Source of the DNA: an uncultured Acidobacteriota bacterium
GTDB taxonomy: Bacteria > Acidobacteriota > Polarisedimenticolia > J045
Assembly (NCBI GenBank): GCA_963702425.1
Contig: CAVPCQ010000016.1
Span: forward strand, 32,001-96,000
Length of the DNA stretch: 64,000 nt
Direction of reading: 5' to 3'
Shown: positions 47,561 through 57,565 of the stretch, piece after piece
How the letters are laid out: each line of letters begins with the position of its first letter
How positions within the stretch are numbered: position 1 is the first letter of the stretch
Translations under genes and position numbers: made by a program
The notes under the pieces: model-generated
What the model was told of the DNA's origin: nothing
Database searches by the model: none
What the model saw: the letters and a program-made list of their open reading frames with translations, nothing else

Positions 47561-50250
47561 CGAGCCGCGGATTCTCCCTCGGGAAGGGGCGCCGGCGAAA
47601 CCGGCTGATCGGAACCGCCGAGCAGGGCCGGGAGCAGCATCCGGGTCAGGCTGCGCCGTGCGCCGGCGACCGTGATCCGATCGGCCTCGCCGTAGGCGAC
47701 GTCGAGCATCGGTCCGGTGTCGAGCGCCCCGAGCTGCGCCGTCGCCTCCTTGGGGAGAGGCATCGCGCCGAGCGCGTCGATCAACCGGCCGGTGTCGCGC
47801 CAGACGAAGGCCGAGACACTGGCGTGGCCGTCGCGCGGCAGCCGCGAGACGAAGGCCGGGGCGCCGGCGAGGGACACGCCGGCGCGCGCGTTGGCGAGCG
47901 CCTGCGCGAGGAGCGTGCGCTGGGAGGCAACGATCACGTAGCCGTCGGCGAAGGTGTAATGGATCTCCATCGTCGGCGGGGTCGTGCCGACCTGGTAGTA
48001 GGTGCGCCCGTTCTCTTCGGCGCTGGTCAGCACCGGGACCGGCCGCTGCGCCTCGGCCGCCTTGATCGCGGCGCGGGCCACGAGCTGCTCGATCGCATGC
48101 TGCAGCCGCGCCGGGTCGTAGACCTCGGCCGCCACCTTCCAGGCCGGCGTCGGGAAGACCGGGCCGTCGAGCGCGACCACGAACTCGCCGCCCAGCGGGA
48201 CCAGCAGGTCCTCGCGGAGGTCGAGCCCGAGTTCGGCGCCGATCGAGCCCATCTTCTCCCGGACCGCGGAGGCCTGGTCGCCCAGCAGCGCGAACGACTC
48301 GTCGAGCATCACGGCCGGGTCCTTGACGACCGCCCCGGCGGCGAACGTCGCGTCCGGCGAGATGAAGCGCAGCGCGCCCATCGGCGAGGGCTCGTCCAGC
48401 CAGGCCAGAGCACCCTTGCGCGGGCCGTCGAAGATCAAGGTGGCGTGGAGCGTCGCGGCCTCTCCTTCGCCGTCGCCTTCGACGACGAGGAACTTCGCCC
48501 CGGCGAGACCGGACAGCGCGAAGGCCCGCTGCGCGTCCGCGCGAGCGGTCTCGCTCGCATCCGCCGGCACGCTGCGGGCGAGCAGCGTGGCGACGTCGAT
48601 CCCACCCAGCCAGACCGCGCCGTCACGGTAGGCCGCAGCCAGCTCGGCGTGCAGCGAGGTTCCCCCGAAGCCGCCGCGTCCCGACGCGGCCGCGGTGGCG
48701 AGCGCCTCGAGCGCCGCGCGCCCAGTTGCCGCGAGCATCAGGTCGCCCTGCGTCATCAGGTAGAGCGCCGGAGGGCCGTGCGGCGTGTCGACGCCCGGGA
48801 GTGCGAAGGCGTCGACGGGGACGTCCGCCGGGCCGGCCACCAGCCGGAACGGCGCGCCGCCCTTCGCAGCGAGTGCGGTCACTTCCTGCTCGACCAGCGC
48901 CCGGAACGACGCCTCGTTCTTCAGCGTCGCCGCGATCGCCAGCCCGGCGAAGGGCCGTCCGTCGCCGGCAAGCGCCGCGATCGCCACCTCGTCGCCGAGC
49001 TCACCGCCAACCAGGCGGACCTTGTCGACCACCGCCGAAAGCTGGGCCTCCTGCTCCGCGCCCGCGTGCTCGCGCCACCAGGCGCCGAGCGTCTCGTTGC
49101 CGTGCGCGCGCTCGAGGAACATCCGCCAGGCCTCGTCGATTCGCCCGCTCAGGTTCGGGAGCGCGGCGAACAGGACCGCGTTCTGCGGCATCAGGTCCAT
49201 CAGGCGCGTCGACGTCCGCGGGGCCGGACCGGGCAACCGGTCGATCTCCTGCGCCAGCGCCTGCAGCTCGGCGAGCAGCGCCCGGTGCTTGTCGGCATGG
49301 CGCGACCAGCCGATCTCGTCCTCGAGCGTGGTCCCGAAGAGGGCCGGCGAGCTGGAGAACTGCTGGCCGGGCTTCAACAGCGCGCGCTCCGTGCCGTGAT
49401 CGACCTCGACCGCGCCCTCCAGCACCGAGACCCGCGTCCCCTTCTCGCCGCTGACGACCGAGAAGACGGTCCCCTTGACCGCCACGCGGCTGTCGCTGGT
49501 CGTGACGTAGAGGTGACCCGAGCCCTGCTTGCTGGCCTCGACGATCACCTGGCCGCCGGCCAGCGCGAGGTCCGTTCCGTCGGCCGCGCGCTGCAGCGTC
49601 AGCTCGGTGCGAGGCGCCAGCTCGATGCGCGAACCGTCGGCCAGGACGATCACAGCGCCGGTTTCCTTGCCGGTCCGCACCGTCTCGCCGTACGGGACCT
49701 TGGCGCCGCGCGCGATCGGCATCGCGCTGACGCGCCCGACGTTGAGCAGCAGGCCGTCCAGTTCCGCGACCGTGGCGCTGTTCGGAACCAGCCCGATCCA
49801 GCCCGGCTGCAGCAGCCAGGTGCCGGCGCCAACGGCGACGAGCACGGCGGCGGCGGCGGCCCAGGCCCAGGCGCGCGAGCGGCGCGAGGCCGGCGCGGCC
49901 GCGACGGTCCGCCGCCGGTCGGTGACGGCCGGTGCCCCGGTGCGCACGCGCTTGTGCGCGGCGCGGCAGGTCACGCACCCCTTCAGGTGCTCGTCGACGA
50001 TCAGCGCACGGTCGCGGGCGAGCGTCCCGTCGTGACGCGCCGGGAGCAGCGCCTGGATCTCCGTGCACCCGAGCAGCGGGTGTTCGGCACCGCGGCCGCC
50101 CGCGGGCATGGCGGCGCGCTCGCCGGCCAGCGCGTCACCGACCCGCCGAGCGGCGGAGGCGACCTCGGCCTCGGACAGCGACTCCGCGCGCACGGCGCGC
50201 GCGGCCTCGTCGATCAGGGCGTCGAACTTGTCGTCGTGAGGGGCGTTCAT
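47557..50250 (-). CDS. Large anti-sigma factor: zinc finger (HxxxCxxC), TM, FecR domain and large periplasmic domain
   Basis: [11 protein letters not shown] helix, FecR motifs [29 protein letters not shown]; ATG overlaps the sigma stop. Confidence 0.85.
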   Translation of the reverse strand: MNAPHDDKFDALIDEAARAVRAESLSEAEVASAARRVGDALAGERAAMPAGGRGAEHPLLGCTEIQALLPARHDGTLARDRALIVDEHLKGCVTCRAAHKRVRTGAPAVTDRRRTVAAAPASRRSRAWAWAAAAAVLVAVGAGTWLLQPGWIGLVPNSATVAELDGLLLNVGRVSAMPIARGAKVPYGETVRTGKETGAVIVLADGSRIELAPRTELTLQRAADGTDLALAGGQVIVEASKQGSGHLYVTTSDSRVAVKGTVFSVVSGEKGTRVSVLEGAVEVDHGTERALLKPGQQFSSSPALFGTTLEDEIGWSRHADKHRALLAELQALAQEIDRLPGPAPRTSTRLMDLMPQNAVLFAALPNLSGRIDEAWRMFLERAHGNETLGAWWREHAGAEQEAQLSAVVDKVRLVGGELGDEVAIAALAGDGRPFAGLAIAATLKNEASFRALVEQEVTALAAKGGAPFRLVAGPADVPVDAFALPGVDTPHGPPALYLMTQGDLMLAATGRAALEALATAAASGRGGFGGTSLHAELAAAYRDGAVWLGGIDVATLLARSVPADASETARADAQRAFALSGLAGAKFLVVEGDGEGEAATLHATLIFDGPRKGALAWLDEPSPMGALRFISPDATFAAGAVVKDPAVMLDESFALLGDQASAVREKMGSIGAELGLDLREDLLVPLGGEFVVALDGPVFPTPAWKVAAEVYDPARLQHAIEQLVARAAIKAAEAQRPVPVLTSAEENGRTYYQVGTTPPTMEIHYTFADGYVIVASQRTLLAQALANARAGVSLAGAPAFVSRLPRDGHASVSAFVWRDTGRLIDALGAMPLPKEATAQLGALDTGPMLDVAYGEADRITVAGARRSLTRMLLPALLGGSDQPVSPAPLPEGESAAR

Positions 50251-50825
50251 GGCGTTTCTCCCGGGCGCGGCCCCGCGATCTCCTCGCGAAGCTGGCGCCG
50301 TGCGCGGTGCAGCAGGACGGCGACGTTGTTGCGCGTCGTCCCCATCGCCTCCGCGATCTCCTGGTGCTCCTTGCCCTCGAGAAAATGCAGCGCGAACGCT
50401 TCCGCCGCCTGGGGCGGCAGCCGCGTCAGCGCGGAGCGCAGCCACGCCGCCAGCATGCGGCGGCGGTGCCCGGCATCGGGCGGCTCCCCCGCCTCGTCCG
50501 CCACCAGCGACTCGATCTCGTCCAGCGGCGTCTCGGCCTCGCGCCGCCGCCGGCGGGCGAGATCGAGCGCCGCGTTGACCCCGGCCCGCTGCAGGTAGGC
50601 GCCGGCCTGCTCGGGGGCTACCGGAAGCGTGTCTTGCCGGCGGGCCAGCCTCAGGAACACGGCCTGCAGCGCATCCTCCGCGTCGGCGGCGTTGCCGGTG
50701 ACACGGTAGGCGGCCTGCAGGACCCGGGCGTGGTGGGCGCGGAAGACCGCCTCGAGGTCGGGGGGCGAGATCGTCAGCGGGTGGGCGGCAGTCACGGGGA
50801 TCTCCTCGTTGGGGCCTCCACTCAT
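50247..50825 (-). CDS. ECF RNA polymerase sigma factor
   Basis: AYRVTGNAADAEDALQAVF (region 2), EIAEAMG..VAVLLHRARRQL (region 4). Confidence 0.93.
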   Translation of the reverse strand: MSGGPNEEIPVTAAHPLTISPPDLEAVFRAHHARVLQAAYRVTGNAADAEDALQAVFLRLARRQDTLPVAPEQAGAYLQRAGVNAALDLARRRRREAETPLDEIESLVADEAGEPPDAGHRRRMLAAWLRSALTRLPPQAAEAFALHFLEGKEHQEIAEAMGTTRNNVAVLLHRARRQLREEIAGPRPGETP

Positions 50826-50945
50826 CGAAACGCTCCCTCGGGGGTCATCATTACACCGGCCGGAGCGCGGGGGGCGCGGCGGCCGTGAACGGCCGCGGCG
50901 CAGGGGCGAACGGTCGGTGGCCGGGTGGCGCGCGGAGGCCGGCCG

Positions 50946-51722
50946 CTACGGGCCCGCGGCGACCTCCCTGAAGGAGCGCTCGAACACGGCCCGTACGGCG
51001 TCGAAGAAGGCGCGCTCGTCGGCGTAGTCCCGCGGCTCGAGCGGCGGCTCCACCCGGTAGGGGACGGTCACGCCCCGCCGAACCGCAAGCTGCTTCTCGT
51101 TGAGGACGGACTCGGTGTGCGCGGTCATCACGATCTGCACCGGCATCCCGCGACGGAAGGCGTAGCGAACCATCCCCGCCTTCAGCGGCTGCGGCCGGTC
51201 GCCCTGGCTGCGGTGCCCCTCGGCGTAGACGATCAGCCCGTCGAGCGGGCAACGCTCGAACTCGCGATCGAGCCAGCGGTAGAACGCCTCGCGGGTGTGC
51301 GCGCGGTCGCGGCGGAAGAACCAGACGGAGCGATCGAGGTGAGCCAGGACCCAGAAGACCGGGAAGATCCCCGCGACGAGGACGCGAGAAAGCGTCGCGG
51401 CCCGCCCCTCGAGGATCTCCTTGTGGACGAAGAAGTCGGCGACGCTGCGGTGCGGGCAGATCCAGAGGCAGGGCCCGCCGGACAGGACCGGCGCGGAACG
51501 CTCGTCCCGGCTGAGCCGCACGTCGTAGCGCCGCAGCAGCAGCCGGCACCACTCGCGCGTCACTCTCTCGCGGACCCGCGGGCGGCGAAGCCCGTGCGAC
51601 AGCAGGGCGCGCACCGGGTAGACGTACCCCAGCACCAGCACCTCGCGGATCGCAATCAGCCGGCCGCTGCGCGCGCTGGCCGCTCCTGGTCGCGCGCGCT
51701 CGGGCGCGGGACGGTCGGTCAC
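50946..51722 (-). CDS. Lysophospholipid acyltransferase (PlsC-like)
   Basis: HRSVAD (HxxxxD), FFRR, YAEGHRS, LKAG. Confidence 0.8.
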   Translation of the reverse strand: MTDRPAPERARPGAASARSGRLIAIREVLVLGYVYPVRALLSHGLRRPRVRERVTREWCRLLLRRYDVRLSRDERSAPVLSGGPCLWICPHRSVADFFVHKEILEGRAATLSRVLVAGIFPVFWVLAHLDRSVWFFRRDRAHTREAFYRWLDREFERCPLDGLIVYAEGHRSQGDRPQPLKAGMVRYAFRRGMPVQIVMTAHTESVLNEKQLAVRRGVTVPYRVEPPLEPRDYADERAFFDAVRAVFERSFREVAAGP

Positions 51723-51785
51723 GGGTTTCGCTCCCCAGCCAGTCTACCTTGGCACCGCGGGGCTTCGGGACAGGGGATTTCTTCT

Positions 51786-51814
51786 TTGACGGGCCGCGTT
51801 CGCACCTGTAGCCT
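51786..51814 (+). promoter_or_regulatory. Sigma-70-type promoter for the trehalose operon
   Basis: TTGACG, 17-nt spacer, TAGCCT. Confidence 0.6.
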
Positions 51815-52098
51815 AGTGGGGTTCAATGAATCCCCCGGCAAGAGCGGGCGCGCCATCGTCGCCTCTGACGGTTGCTCCCGCGGGTTCGGTTGCCGTCCGG
51901 CGACCGAAGGCCAAGAGGAGAGGGTCGGGCCGCCCTCTCCCCAACGCGCGTGGCGCTGCCACTTCGCCATCCGGCGCGGGATCCCCGCCCGCTCCACGGC
52001 ACGCCTCGCCAGCGATCGCGCTCCTCCACGTCGCGGCCTGTTCCCGTTTCGGAGCTGCCGCTTCGCACGGCGCGCGGTCGCGCCCGGAGGACCGGATC

Positions 52099-53559
52099 AT
52101 GGAAGAAGTTTCGCGGTTTGGGCCGCCTGAGTCTCTCGTCGTGCTCTCGAACCGTCTGCCCTACAACCTCCCCGCGGCGCGGGAAGGAGGCACTCCGCGG
52201 CGCAACGTCGGCGGGCTGGTCAACGCCGTCGAACCGGCGCTCGCCGCGCGCGGCGGACTCTGGGTCGGCTGGGACGGCTCCGTGCTGCCGAATCTGGCGG
52301 CGATCGAGACCGCCCTCGCCGAGCCGAGGCGGTGGACCTCCCCCGCCGGCGTCGGGTTCGTCGGGGTGCCGATCTCCGAGCGCGAGCTGGCGCGCTTCTA
52401 CCACGGCTTCTGCAACGCGGCGCTCTGGCCGCTGTTCCACGACTTCATCGGGAAGGTCCGCTACCTGCCCGAAGAATTCGCGCTCTACGAGCGGGTCAAC
52501 CGCAGGATGGCCGAGGTGGCGCTCGCCCAGGCCGGCCCGGACGCCCGGATCTGGGTCCACGACTTTCACCTGATGCTGGTGCCGGCGATCCTGCGCGAGC
52601 TCGGCTTCCGCGGCCTGATCAACTTCTTCCTGCACACCCCCTTCCCGCCGGGAGAGATCTTCCGCACGCTGCCGTGGCGCGACCGGCTGCTCGCAGGGCT
52701 GCTCGCGGCCGACGGCATCGCCTTCCACCACGAGCGCTACCGCGAGAACTTCGTCCGGACGGCCCACGGCCTGGCCGCGCTCGACGTCGTGCCGTTGGGC
52801 GAGCAGATCGCGCTCGTCGGCGCTGCCGGAACGAGCCGGGCCTCGGTCTCGCCGATCGGGATCGACGTCGAGGACTTCGAGCGGCTGGCGGGAGCTCCCG
52901 CGGTCCTCGCGCGGGCGCACCGGATCCGCGCCGCGCACGGCGGGCGCCGCCTGCTCTTCGCCGCCGACCGTCTCGACTACACCAAGGGGATCCGCAAGCG
53001 CCTCTACGCGATCGAGCGCCTGTTAGACCTGCGTCCCGACCTCGTCGGCCGGGTCGACCTGGTGACCGTCGTCGTGCCGAGCCGGCACCAGGTCGAGGAG
53101 TACCGGGCGCTCAAGCGGGAGGTCGACCGCGAGGTCGGTCGGATCAACGGCGAGCGCGGCGAGGACGGCTGGCTGCCGATCCACTACCGCTACCGCGCGC
53201 TGGACCGGCGGGAGCTGGTCGCCCACTACCTTGCCGCGGACGTCGCGCTGGTGACGCCGCTGCGGGACGGCATGAACCTGGTCGCGTCCGAGTTCGCGGC
53301 GGCCCGCGTCGATGGCGACGGCGCGCTCGTCCTGAGCGAATTCGCGGGCGCCTCGGACCGGCTGCCGGGGGCGCTCCTCGTGAACCCCTACGACGTCGAC
53401 GGCGTCGCGGCGGCGATTGCGCGCGCGCTCGACATGGCTGAGGAAGAGCGGCGCGGACGGATGGCCCAGATGCGCCGCCGCGTGCGCGCGCTGACGGCGG
53501 TCTCCTGGGCCGATCACTGTCTGTCGGTCCCGCGGGGGTGCGCCGAGGGGGCCGCGTGA
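52099..53559 (+). CDS. otsA: Trehalose-6-phosphate synthase
   Basis: [62 protein letters not shown]; GGAGG RBS. Confidence 0.95.
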   Translation: MEEVSRFGPPESLVVLSNRLPYNLPAAREGGTPRRNVGGLVNAVEPALAARGGLWVGWDGSVLPNLAAIETALAEPRRWTSPAGVGFVGVPISERELARFYHGFCNAALWPLFHDFIGKVRYLPEEFALYERVNRRMAEVALAQAGPDARIWVHDFHLMLVPAILRELGFRGLINFFLHTPFPPGEIFRTLPWRDRLLAGLLAADGIAFHHERYRENFVRTAHGLAALDVVPLGEQIALVGAAGTSRASVSPIGIDVEDFERLAGAPAVLARAHRIRAAHGGRRLLFAADRLDYTKGIRKRLYAIERLLDLRPDLVGRVDLVTVVVPSRHQVEEYRALKREVDREVGRINGERGEDGWLPIHYRYRALDRRELVAHYLAADVALVTPLRDGMNLVASEFAAARVDGDGALVLSEFAGASDRLPGALLVNPYDVDGVAAAIARALDMAEEERRGRMAQMRRRVRALTAVSWADHCLSVPRGCAEGAA

Positions 53560-54368
53560 GCGGCGGCCGTCAGGATCCGGCGGCGCGCCTCGCCGGGCGG
53601 GCCCACGCGGCGGCGGGGCGACCGGGGGCCGTGCGCACGCTTCTGCTCGATCTCGACGGAACGCTGGCGCCGATCGCGGCGCATCCCGCGCTGGCGCGCG
53701 TTGTCGAGCCCCCGCGTGACGCGATCCGCGCGCTGCGCCGGGCCGGCTGGCGGGTGGCCGTCGTCTCCGGGAGATCGCGCCGGGAGGCCGCCGCGCTGAT
53801 CGAGATCCCGGGTCTTCCGGTCTTCGGGAGCCACGGGCTGGAAGGCCCGGCGGCCGCTGACGTCGCACCTGTCGATCGCCGCGTCGCCCAGCGCCTGGCC
53901 GCGATCGAGCGCGAGGTCCGCCGGCTGGCGGCCGGTACGCCGTCCGTGCTGATCGAGCGCAAGGCGGGTTCGGTCGCGTTCGGCGACCGCGCACTGCCTC
54001 GCGCGGACCGCGCGCACTGGCGTCGACGGCTCGCGGCGGCGCTCGAGCGTTGCGACCTCGCGGGGCTCGAGCTGCTGCGCGGCCGGTGCGTGATCGAGGT
54101 CCGGACGCCCCAGGCGACGAAGGCGCGCGCGTTGGGCGCGCTGGGCGTCGTGCTGCCGCGGAGCGTGCGCGACGAGAGCCTCATCGCCGTCGGGGACGAC
54201 CGGACCGACGAGGACCTCTTCTTCGCGCTCGCCGGCACGGGGCTCGGGATCCTCGTCGGGCGGCCCCGCCGGACGCACGCCCGGGCCCGCCTCGCGTCGC
54301 CGGCGGCGGTCGGCCGGTTCCTCGCGCGCCTGGCCCAGCTCGCGTCGTCGCGGGAGGAAGTCCGGTGA
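53556..54368 (+). CDS. otsB: Trehalose-6-phosphate phosphatase (HAD)
   Basis: LDLDGTLAP, VSGR, GSHGLE, VIEVR, GDDRTDED. Confidence 0.92.
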   Translation: MSGGRQDPAARLAGRAHAAAGRPGAVRTLLLDLDGTLAPIAAHPALARVVEPPRDAIRALRRAGWRVAVVSGRSRREAAALIEIPGLPVFGSHGLEGPAAADVAPVDRRVAQRLAAIEREVRRLAAGTPSVLIERKAGSVAFGDRALPRADRAHWRRRLAAALERCDLAGLELLRGRCVIEVRTPQATKARALGALGVVLPRSVRDESLIAVGDDRTDEDLFFALAGTGLGILVGRPRRTHARARLASPAAVGRFLARLAQLASSREEVR

Positions 54369-55048
54369 GGCCGCTTCGCGACCGACGGGCAGGGGCTCCC
54401 TTCCGCTTCTGCGACTACGAAGGGCTCGCCATGCCGACCGGCCAACGGGCGTCGAACCTGCGCGAGCTGCTCGAGATCGTGCGCACCGCGCCGCTGGCCG
54501 TGCTGCATCACCACCTCTACCGGTCCCAGCTCCGGCATCGCTTCGGGGCGTGGGACTTCCCCAACGACTTGCGCTCGTGGGCCGCCGATGCCCTTGAGGA
54601 CCGTGCGCTCGCCGAGAAGCTCTCCGCGCTCGATCCCTTCGCGCACGCCGATCTCGAATCGGCGAGAAGCGCGCTGGCCGACGTGATGGAAGACCACCTC
54701 GACGGCCTCGCCTTCGTCCCGTGGGCCCGCCCGGGCGCCGAGTTCCACCTCTCCAGCGGGCACTACTTCGCGCTGCCGGGCGACCGCGAGGCGTGGACGC
54801 TCGGGGAGCTGCGGCACCACCTGGCCGAGGCAACGCTCAACTCGCTCTACTACCACTTCCACGAGGCGCGGCTGCGCGGGCCGGGCGACGACAGCGACGA
54901 TTTCTCGCGCTGGATCGAGGGGCAGTTCGGTCACCTCCCGCTCGTGGACGCCTTCCGGCGGATCGACTTCTTCTTCTACGGTCTCGAGGAGCTGCGGGCC
55001 CGGCTGATCGGCCTGCTCGACCAGGCGCTGGCGGAGGACGCTGCATGA
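54365..55048 (+). CDS. DUF5752-like protein (TreT-associated, internally duplicated)
   Basis: Two similar halves: PFRF..LRELL..LHHH..PNDLRSW and EFHL..LGEL..LYYHFHEAR..DDFSRWI; directly upstream of treT. Confidence 0.8.
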   Translation: MRPLRDRRAGAPFRFCDYEGLAMPTGQRASNLRELLEIVRTAPLAVLHHHLYRSQLRHRFGAWDFPNDLRSWAADALEDRALAEKLSALDPFAHADLESARSALADVMEDHLDGLAFVPWARPGAEFHLSSGHYFALPGDREAWTLGELRHHLAEATLNSLYYHFHEARLRGPGDDSDDFSRWIEGQFGHLPLVDAFRRIDFFFYGLEELRARLIGLLDQALAEDAA

Positions 55049-56256
55049 GCGCGCCGCGGCTGGACGACTACGCCGCGATCGTGGGGGTCGAGCGGATCGC
55101 GGTGCTGCGCCGGATGGCGCGGCGGCTGGAGGGGCTCTCGGTCGCGATGGTCAACTCGACCCGCGTCGGGGGCGGGGTCGCCGAGATTCTCACCCGCCAG
55201 GTCCCGCTCCTGAACGAACTCGGCATCCGGGTGCGGTGGGAGGTGATCGAGGGGACGCCGGAGTTCTTCGACGCCACCAAGGCGATGCACAACGCCCTCC
55301 AGGGGACGCCGGCCGAGCTGACGCCGGCCCGCCGGGAAGCCTACGTCGCGACCAACCGGCGCAACGCCGGGCGTCTCGACCTGGAGGCGGACGTCGTGGT
55401 CGTGCACGACCCGCAGCCGGCGGCCCTGGTTGAGTTCGCGAGGACCCCGGTGCCGTGGGTGTGGCGCTGCCACATCGACGCGGCGCGGCCCAACCGTGCC
55501 TGGTGGTCGTTCCTGCGGCCGTTCGTCGCGCGCTTCGACGCCAGCGTCTTCTCGATGGCTGCTTTCGCCCGGAACCTGCCCCACCCCCAGTACCTGATTC
55601 AGCCCGCGATCGATCCGCTCGCGCCCAAGAACGCGCCGATGAAGCCGCAGGAGGTCGACCAAGTGCTGGCGCGCTTCGGGCTCGACCGCTCGCGGCCGCT
55701 GATCGTGCAGGTCTCCCGCTTCGACCGCTTCAAGGACCCGCTCGGGGTCATCGCTGCCTTCCGCCTCGTGCGACGCCGCGACGACGCACGGCTGGTGCTG
55801 GCGGGCGGCTCCGCGGACGACGATCCGGAGGGGACGGAGGTCCTCCGCCAGGTCCGCGAGTCAGCGGGGGGCGATCCGGACATCCAGGTGCTCAGCCTGC
55901 CGCCGGACAGCCACCGCGAAATCAACGCGCTGCAGCGGGCCGCGACCGTGGTGGTGCAGAAGTCGCTGCGCGAAGGGTTCGGACTGACGGTCACGGAAGG
56001 GTTGTGGAAGGGACGACCGGTGCTCGGCGGCGCGGCGGGCGGGATCGTGGTGCAGGTGATCGACCACCAGACCGGGTTCCTCGTGCACTCGGTCGAGGGG
56101 TTGGCCTACCGCCTGCGCTACCTCCTGAACCGCCCCCAGCTCGCCGACGAGATCGGCGCCCGCGGGCGCGAGTTCGTGCGCCACCACTTCCTGCTGACCC
56201 GGCACCTGCGCGACTGGCTCACGCTCCTGCTGGCGGTAACGAGGCGAGACGCCTAG
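55045..56256 (+). CDS. treT: Trehalose glycosyltransferring synthase TreT (GT4)
   Basis: VNSTRVGGGVAEIL, HNALQG, VHDPQP, WRCHID, QVSRFDRFKDP, DDPEG, EGFGLTVTE. Confidence 0.92.
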   Translation: MSAPRLDDYAAIVGVERIAVLRRMARRLEGLSVAMVNSTRVGGGVAEILTRQVPLLNELGIRVRWEVIEGTPEFFDATKAMHNALQGTPAELTPARREAYVATNRRNAGRLDLEADVVVVHDPQPAALVEFARTPVPWVWRCHIDAARPNRAWWSFLRPFVARFDASVFSMAAFARNLPHPQYLIQPAIDPLAPKNAPMKPQEVDQVLARFGLDRSRPLIVQVSRFDRFKDPLGVIAAFRLVRRRDDARLVLAGGSADDDPEGTEVLRQVRESAGGDPDIQVLSLPPDSHREINALQRAATVVVQKSLREGFGLTVTEGLWKGRPVLGGAAGGIVVQVIDHQTGFLVHSVEGLAYRLRYLLNRPQLADEIGARGREFVRHHFLLTRHLRDWLTLLLAVTRRDA

Positions 56257-56636
56257 CCCCCTCCGCGCCAGGCTTCGACCACCGCCTCCCCCGCCTCCCG
56301 GAAGGCCCGCGACACCCCGCCGACGCCCAGCTTCACGCCGCCGAAGATCCGCGAGACGACGATCCCCCCTGCGAGATCGTGCCGGCGCAGGAGCTCGAGC
56401 AGCACGCGCCCGGGGTGCCCGACCTCGCCGTCGTCTTTCGCGCGCTCGACGATCGCGCCGTCCGGCCCCGGGGCGCGCCACGCCCAGCAGTGGTGGACCG
56501 CCTTGTGGAACTCCCTGCGCTGGCGCTTCAGCACCGCCTCCAGCGCCGCCTCATCGTCCGCCGGGAAGAGCAGCGCATGGAAGCGCGAGCGCTCGACCGT
56601 CGACTTGTGCGCAGCTTCGCGGGCGACCGGCGTCAC
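56253..56636 (-). CDS. YigZ/IMPACT N-terminal domain protein (short form)
   Basis: ERSRF, AVHHCWAW, DDGE, VVSRIFGGVKLGVGG. Confidence 0.85.
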   Translation of the reverse strand: MTPVAREAAHKSTVERSRFHALLFPADDEAALEAVLKRQRREFHKAVHHCWAWRAPGPDGAIVERAKDDGEVGHPGRVLLELLRRHDLAGGIVVSRIFGGVKLGVGGVSRAFREAGEAVVEAWRGGG

Positions 56637-57238
56637 CGCGGTCCCCCCAGGATCGCGGTCAGCCCCTCCGTGACGTAGCGCACGCCCCAGGCGAGCGTGA
56701 TCAGCCCGAGCGTCGTCGAAAGGACCTGGATCACCGTGCGGTTGACGACGCGCCGCACCAGGGATGCCGACAGGAACAGCGCGGCCGTCCCGGCCAGCAC
56801 GATCCCCACCGCCAGCGCGGTGACCGGCCTCCCGTAGTCCTGCACCGAGACGATGATCGCCGTGATCGTCGCCGGGCCGGTCAGGAGGGGGGTCGCGATC
56901 ACCGCCGCGACCGCCTGGGCCGAACGCTCCTGGCCGGGGGCCTCCGGCTCAAAGACGCCGCCGAGCGACATCTTGATCCCGAGGAGGCCGAGCACGATCC
57001 CGCCCGCCACGCGGAACTGGTCGACCGTCGTGTCGAACAGTGTCAGGAGCGCCGGCCCGGCGAGCAGCACCACCAGGGAGAGCGCGGCCGCGACGAGCAG
57101 CCCCAGCAGCGCGGTGCGACGGCGCTGCGCCGCCGCCATCTCCTCGGTCAGCGCGAAGAAGACGGCGAAGCTGGCCAGCGGGTCGAAGATCACGAAGAAG
57201 AGCACGACCAGCTGCGGCAGGTGCGTCAGGTCGGCCAT
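56633..57238 (-). CDS. MarC-family membrane protein
   Basis: FVIFDP, FRVAGGIVL, ATPLLTGPATI. Confidence 0.9.
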   Translation of the reverse strand: MADLTHLPQLVVLFFVIFDPLASFAVFFALTEEMAAAQRRRTALLGLLVAAALSLVVLLAGPALLTLFDTTVDQFRVAGGIVLGLLGIKMSLGGVFEPEAPGQERSAQAVAAVIATPLLTGPATITAIIVSVQDYGRPVTALAVGIVLAGTAALFLSASLVRRVVNRTVIQVLSTTLGLITLAWGVRYVTEGLTAILGGPR

Positions 57239-57350
57239 CGAGCGCCGCTCCTTCCCCAAGGGGCGGCTCCATTATCGGACGACCGGGGGCTCCGGCTGGC
57301 GGGGCGCGCGCGCCGGCCGTTCTCGCGCGACAATGGAGTCGCCACCTCGC

Positions 57351-57426
57351 GCGCCCGTAGCTCAACGGATAGAGCATCGGCCTTCGGAGCCGGTGGTTGG
57401 GGGTTCGAATCCCTCCGGGCGCGCCA
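57351..57426 (+). tRNA. tRNA-Arg (anticodon TCG)
   Basis: Cloverleaf: acceptor GCGCCCG/CGGGCGC, D-arm GCTC/GAGC, anticodon stem TCGGC/GCCGG with loop CT-TCG-GA, T-loop TTCGAAT, encoded CCA. Confidence 0.96.
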
Positions 57427-57514
57427 TCCCCGGCCGCGGCAGCGCACTCCCCGCCGGCAGCGCGGCGGAGTAGTGGTGCCTGGAGCGGTTACGGGAGGGG
57501 GGGGCCGATCTCAG

Positions 57515-57555
57515 AAGAAAGCCCCGGCCGGAGCGGCGATCGCTCCGGCCGGGGC
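57515..57555 (-). terminator. Rho-independent terminator for the 57566-59755 gene
   Basis: 15-bp perfect stem GCCCCGGCCGGAGCG/CGCTCCGGCCGGGGC, followed on the minus strand by TTTCTT. Confidence 0.85.
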
Positions 57556-57565
57556 GCATCGAACG

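Noticed and set aside
51815-52098. Assignment as a c-di-AMP (ydaO) or other known riboswitch
   Set aside because: I could not match the conserved consensus blocks by eye; it is kept only as an unassigned structured leader.
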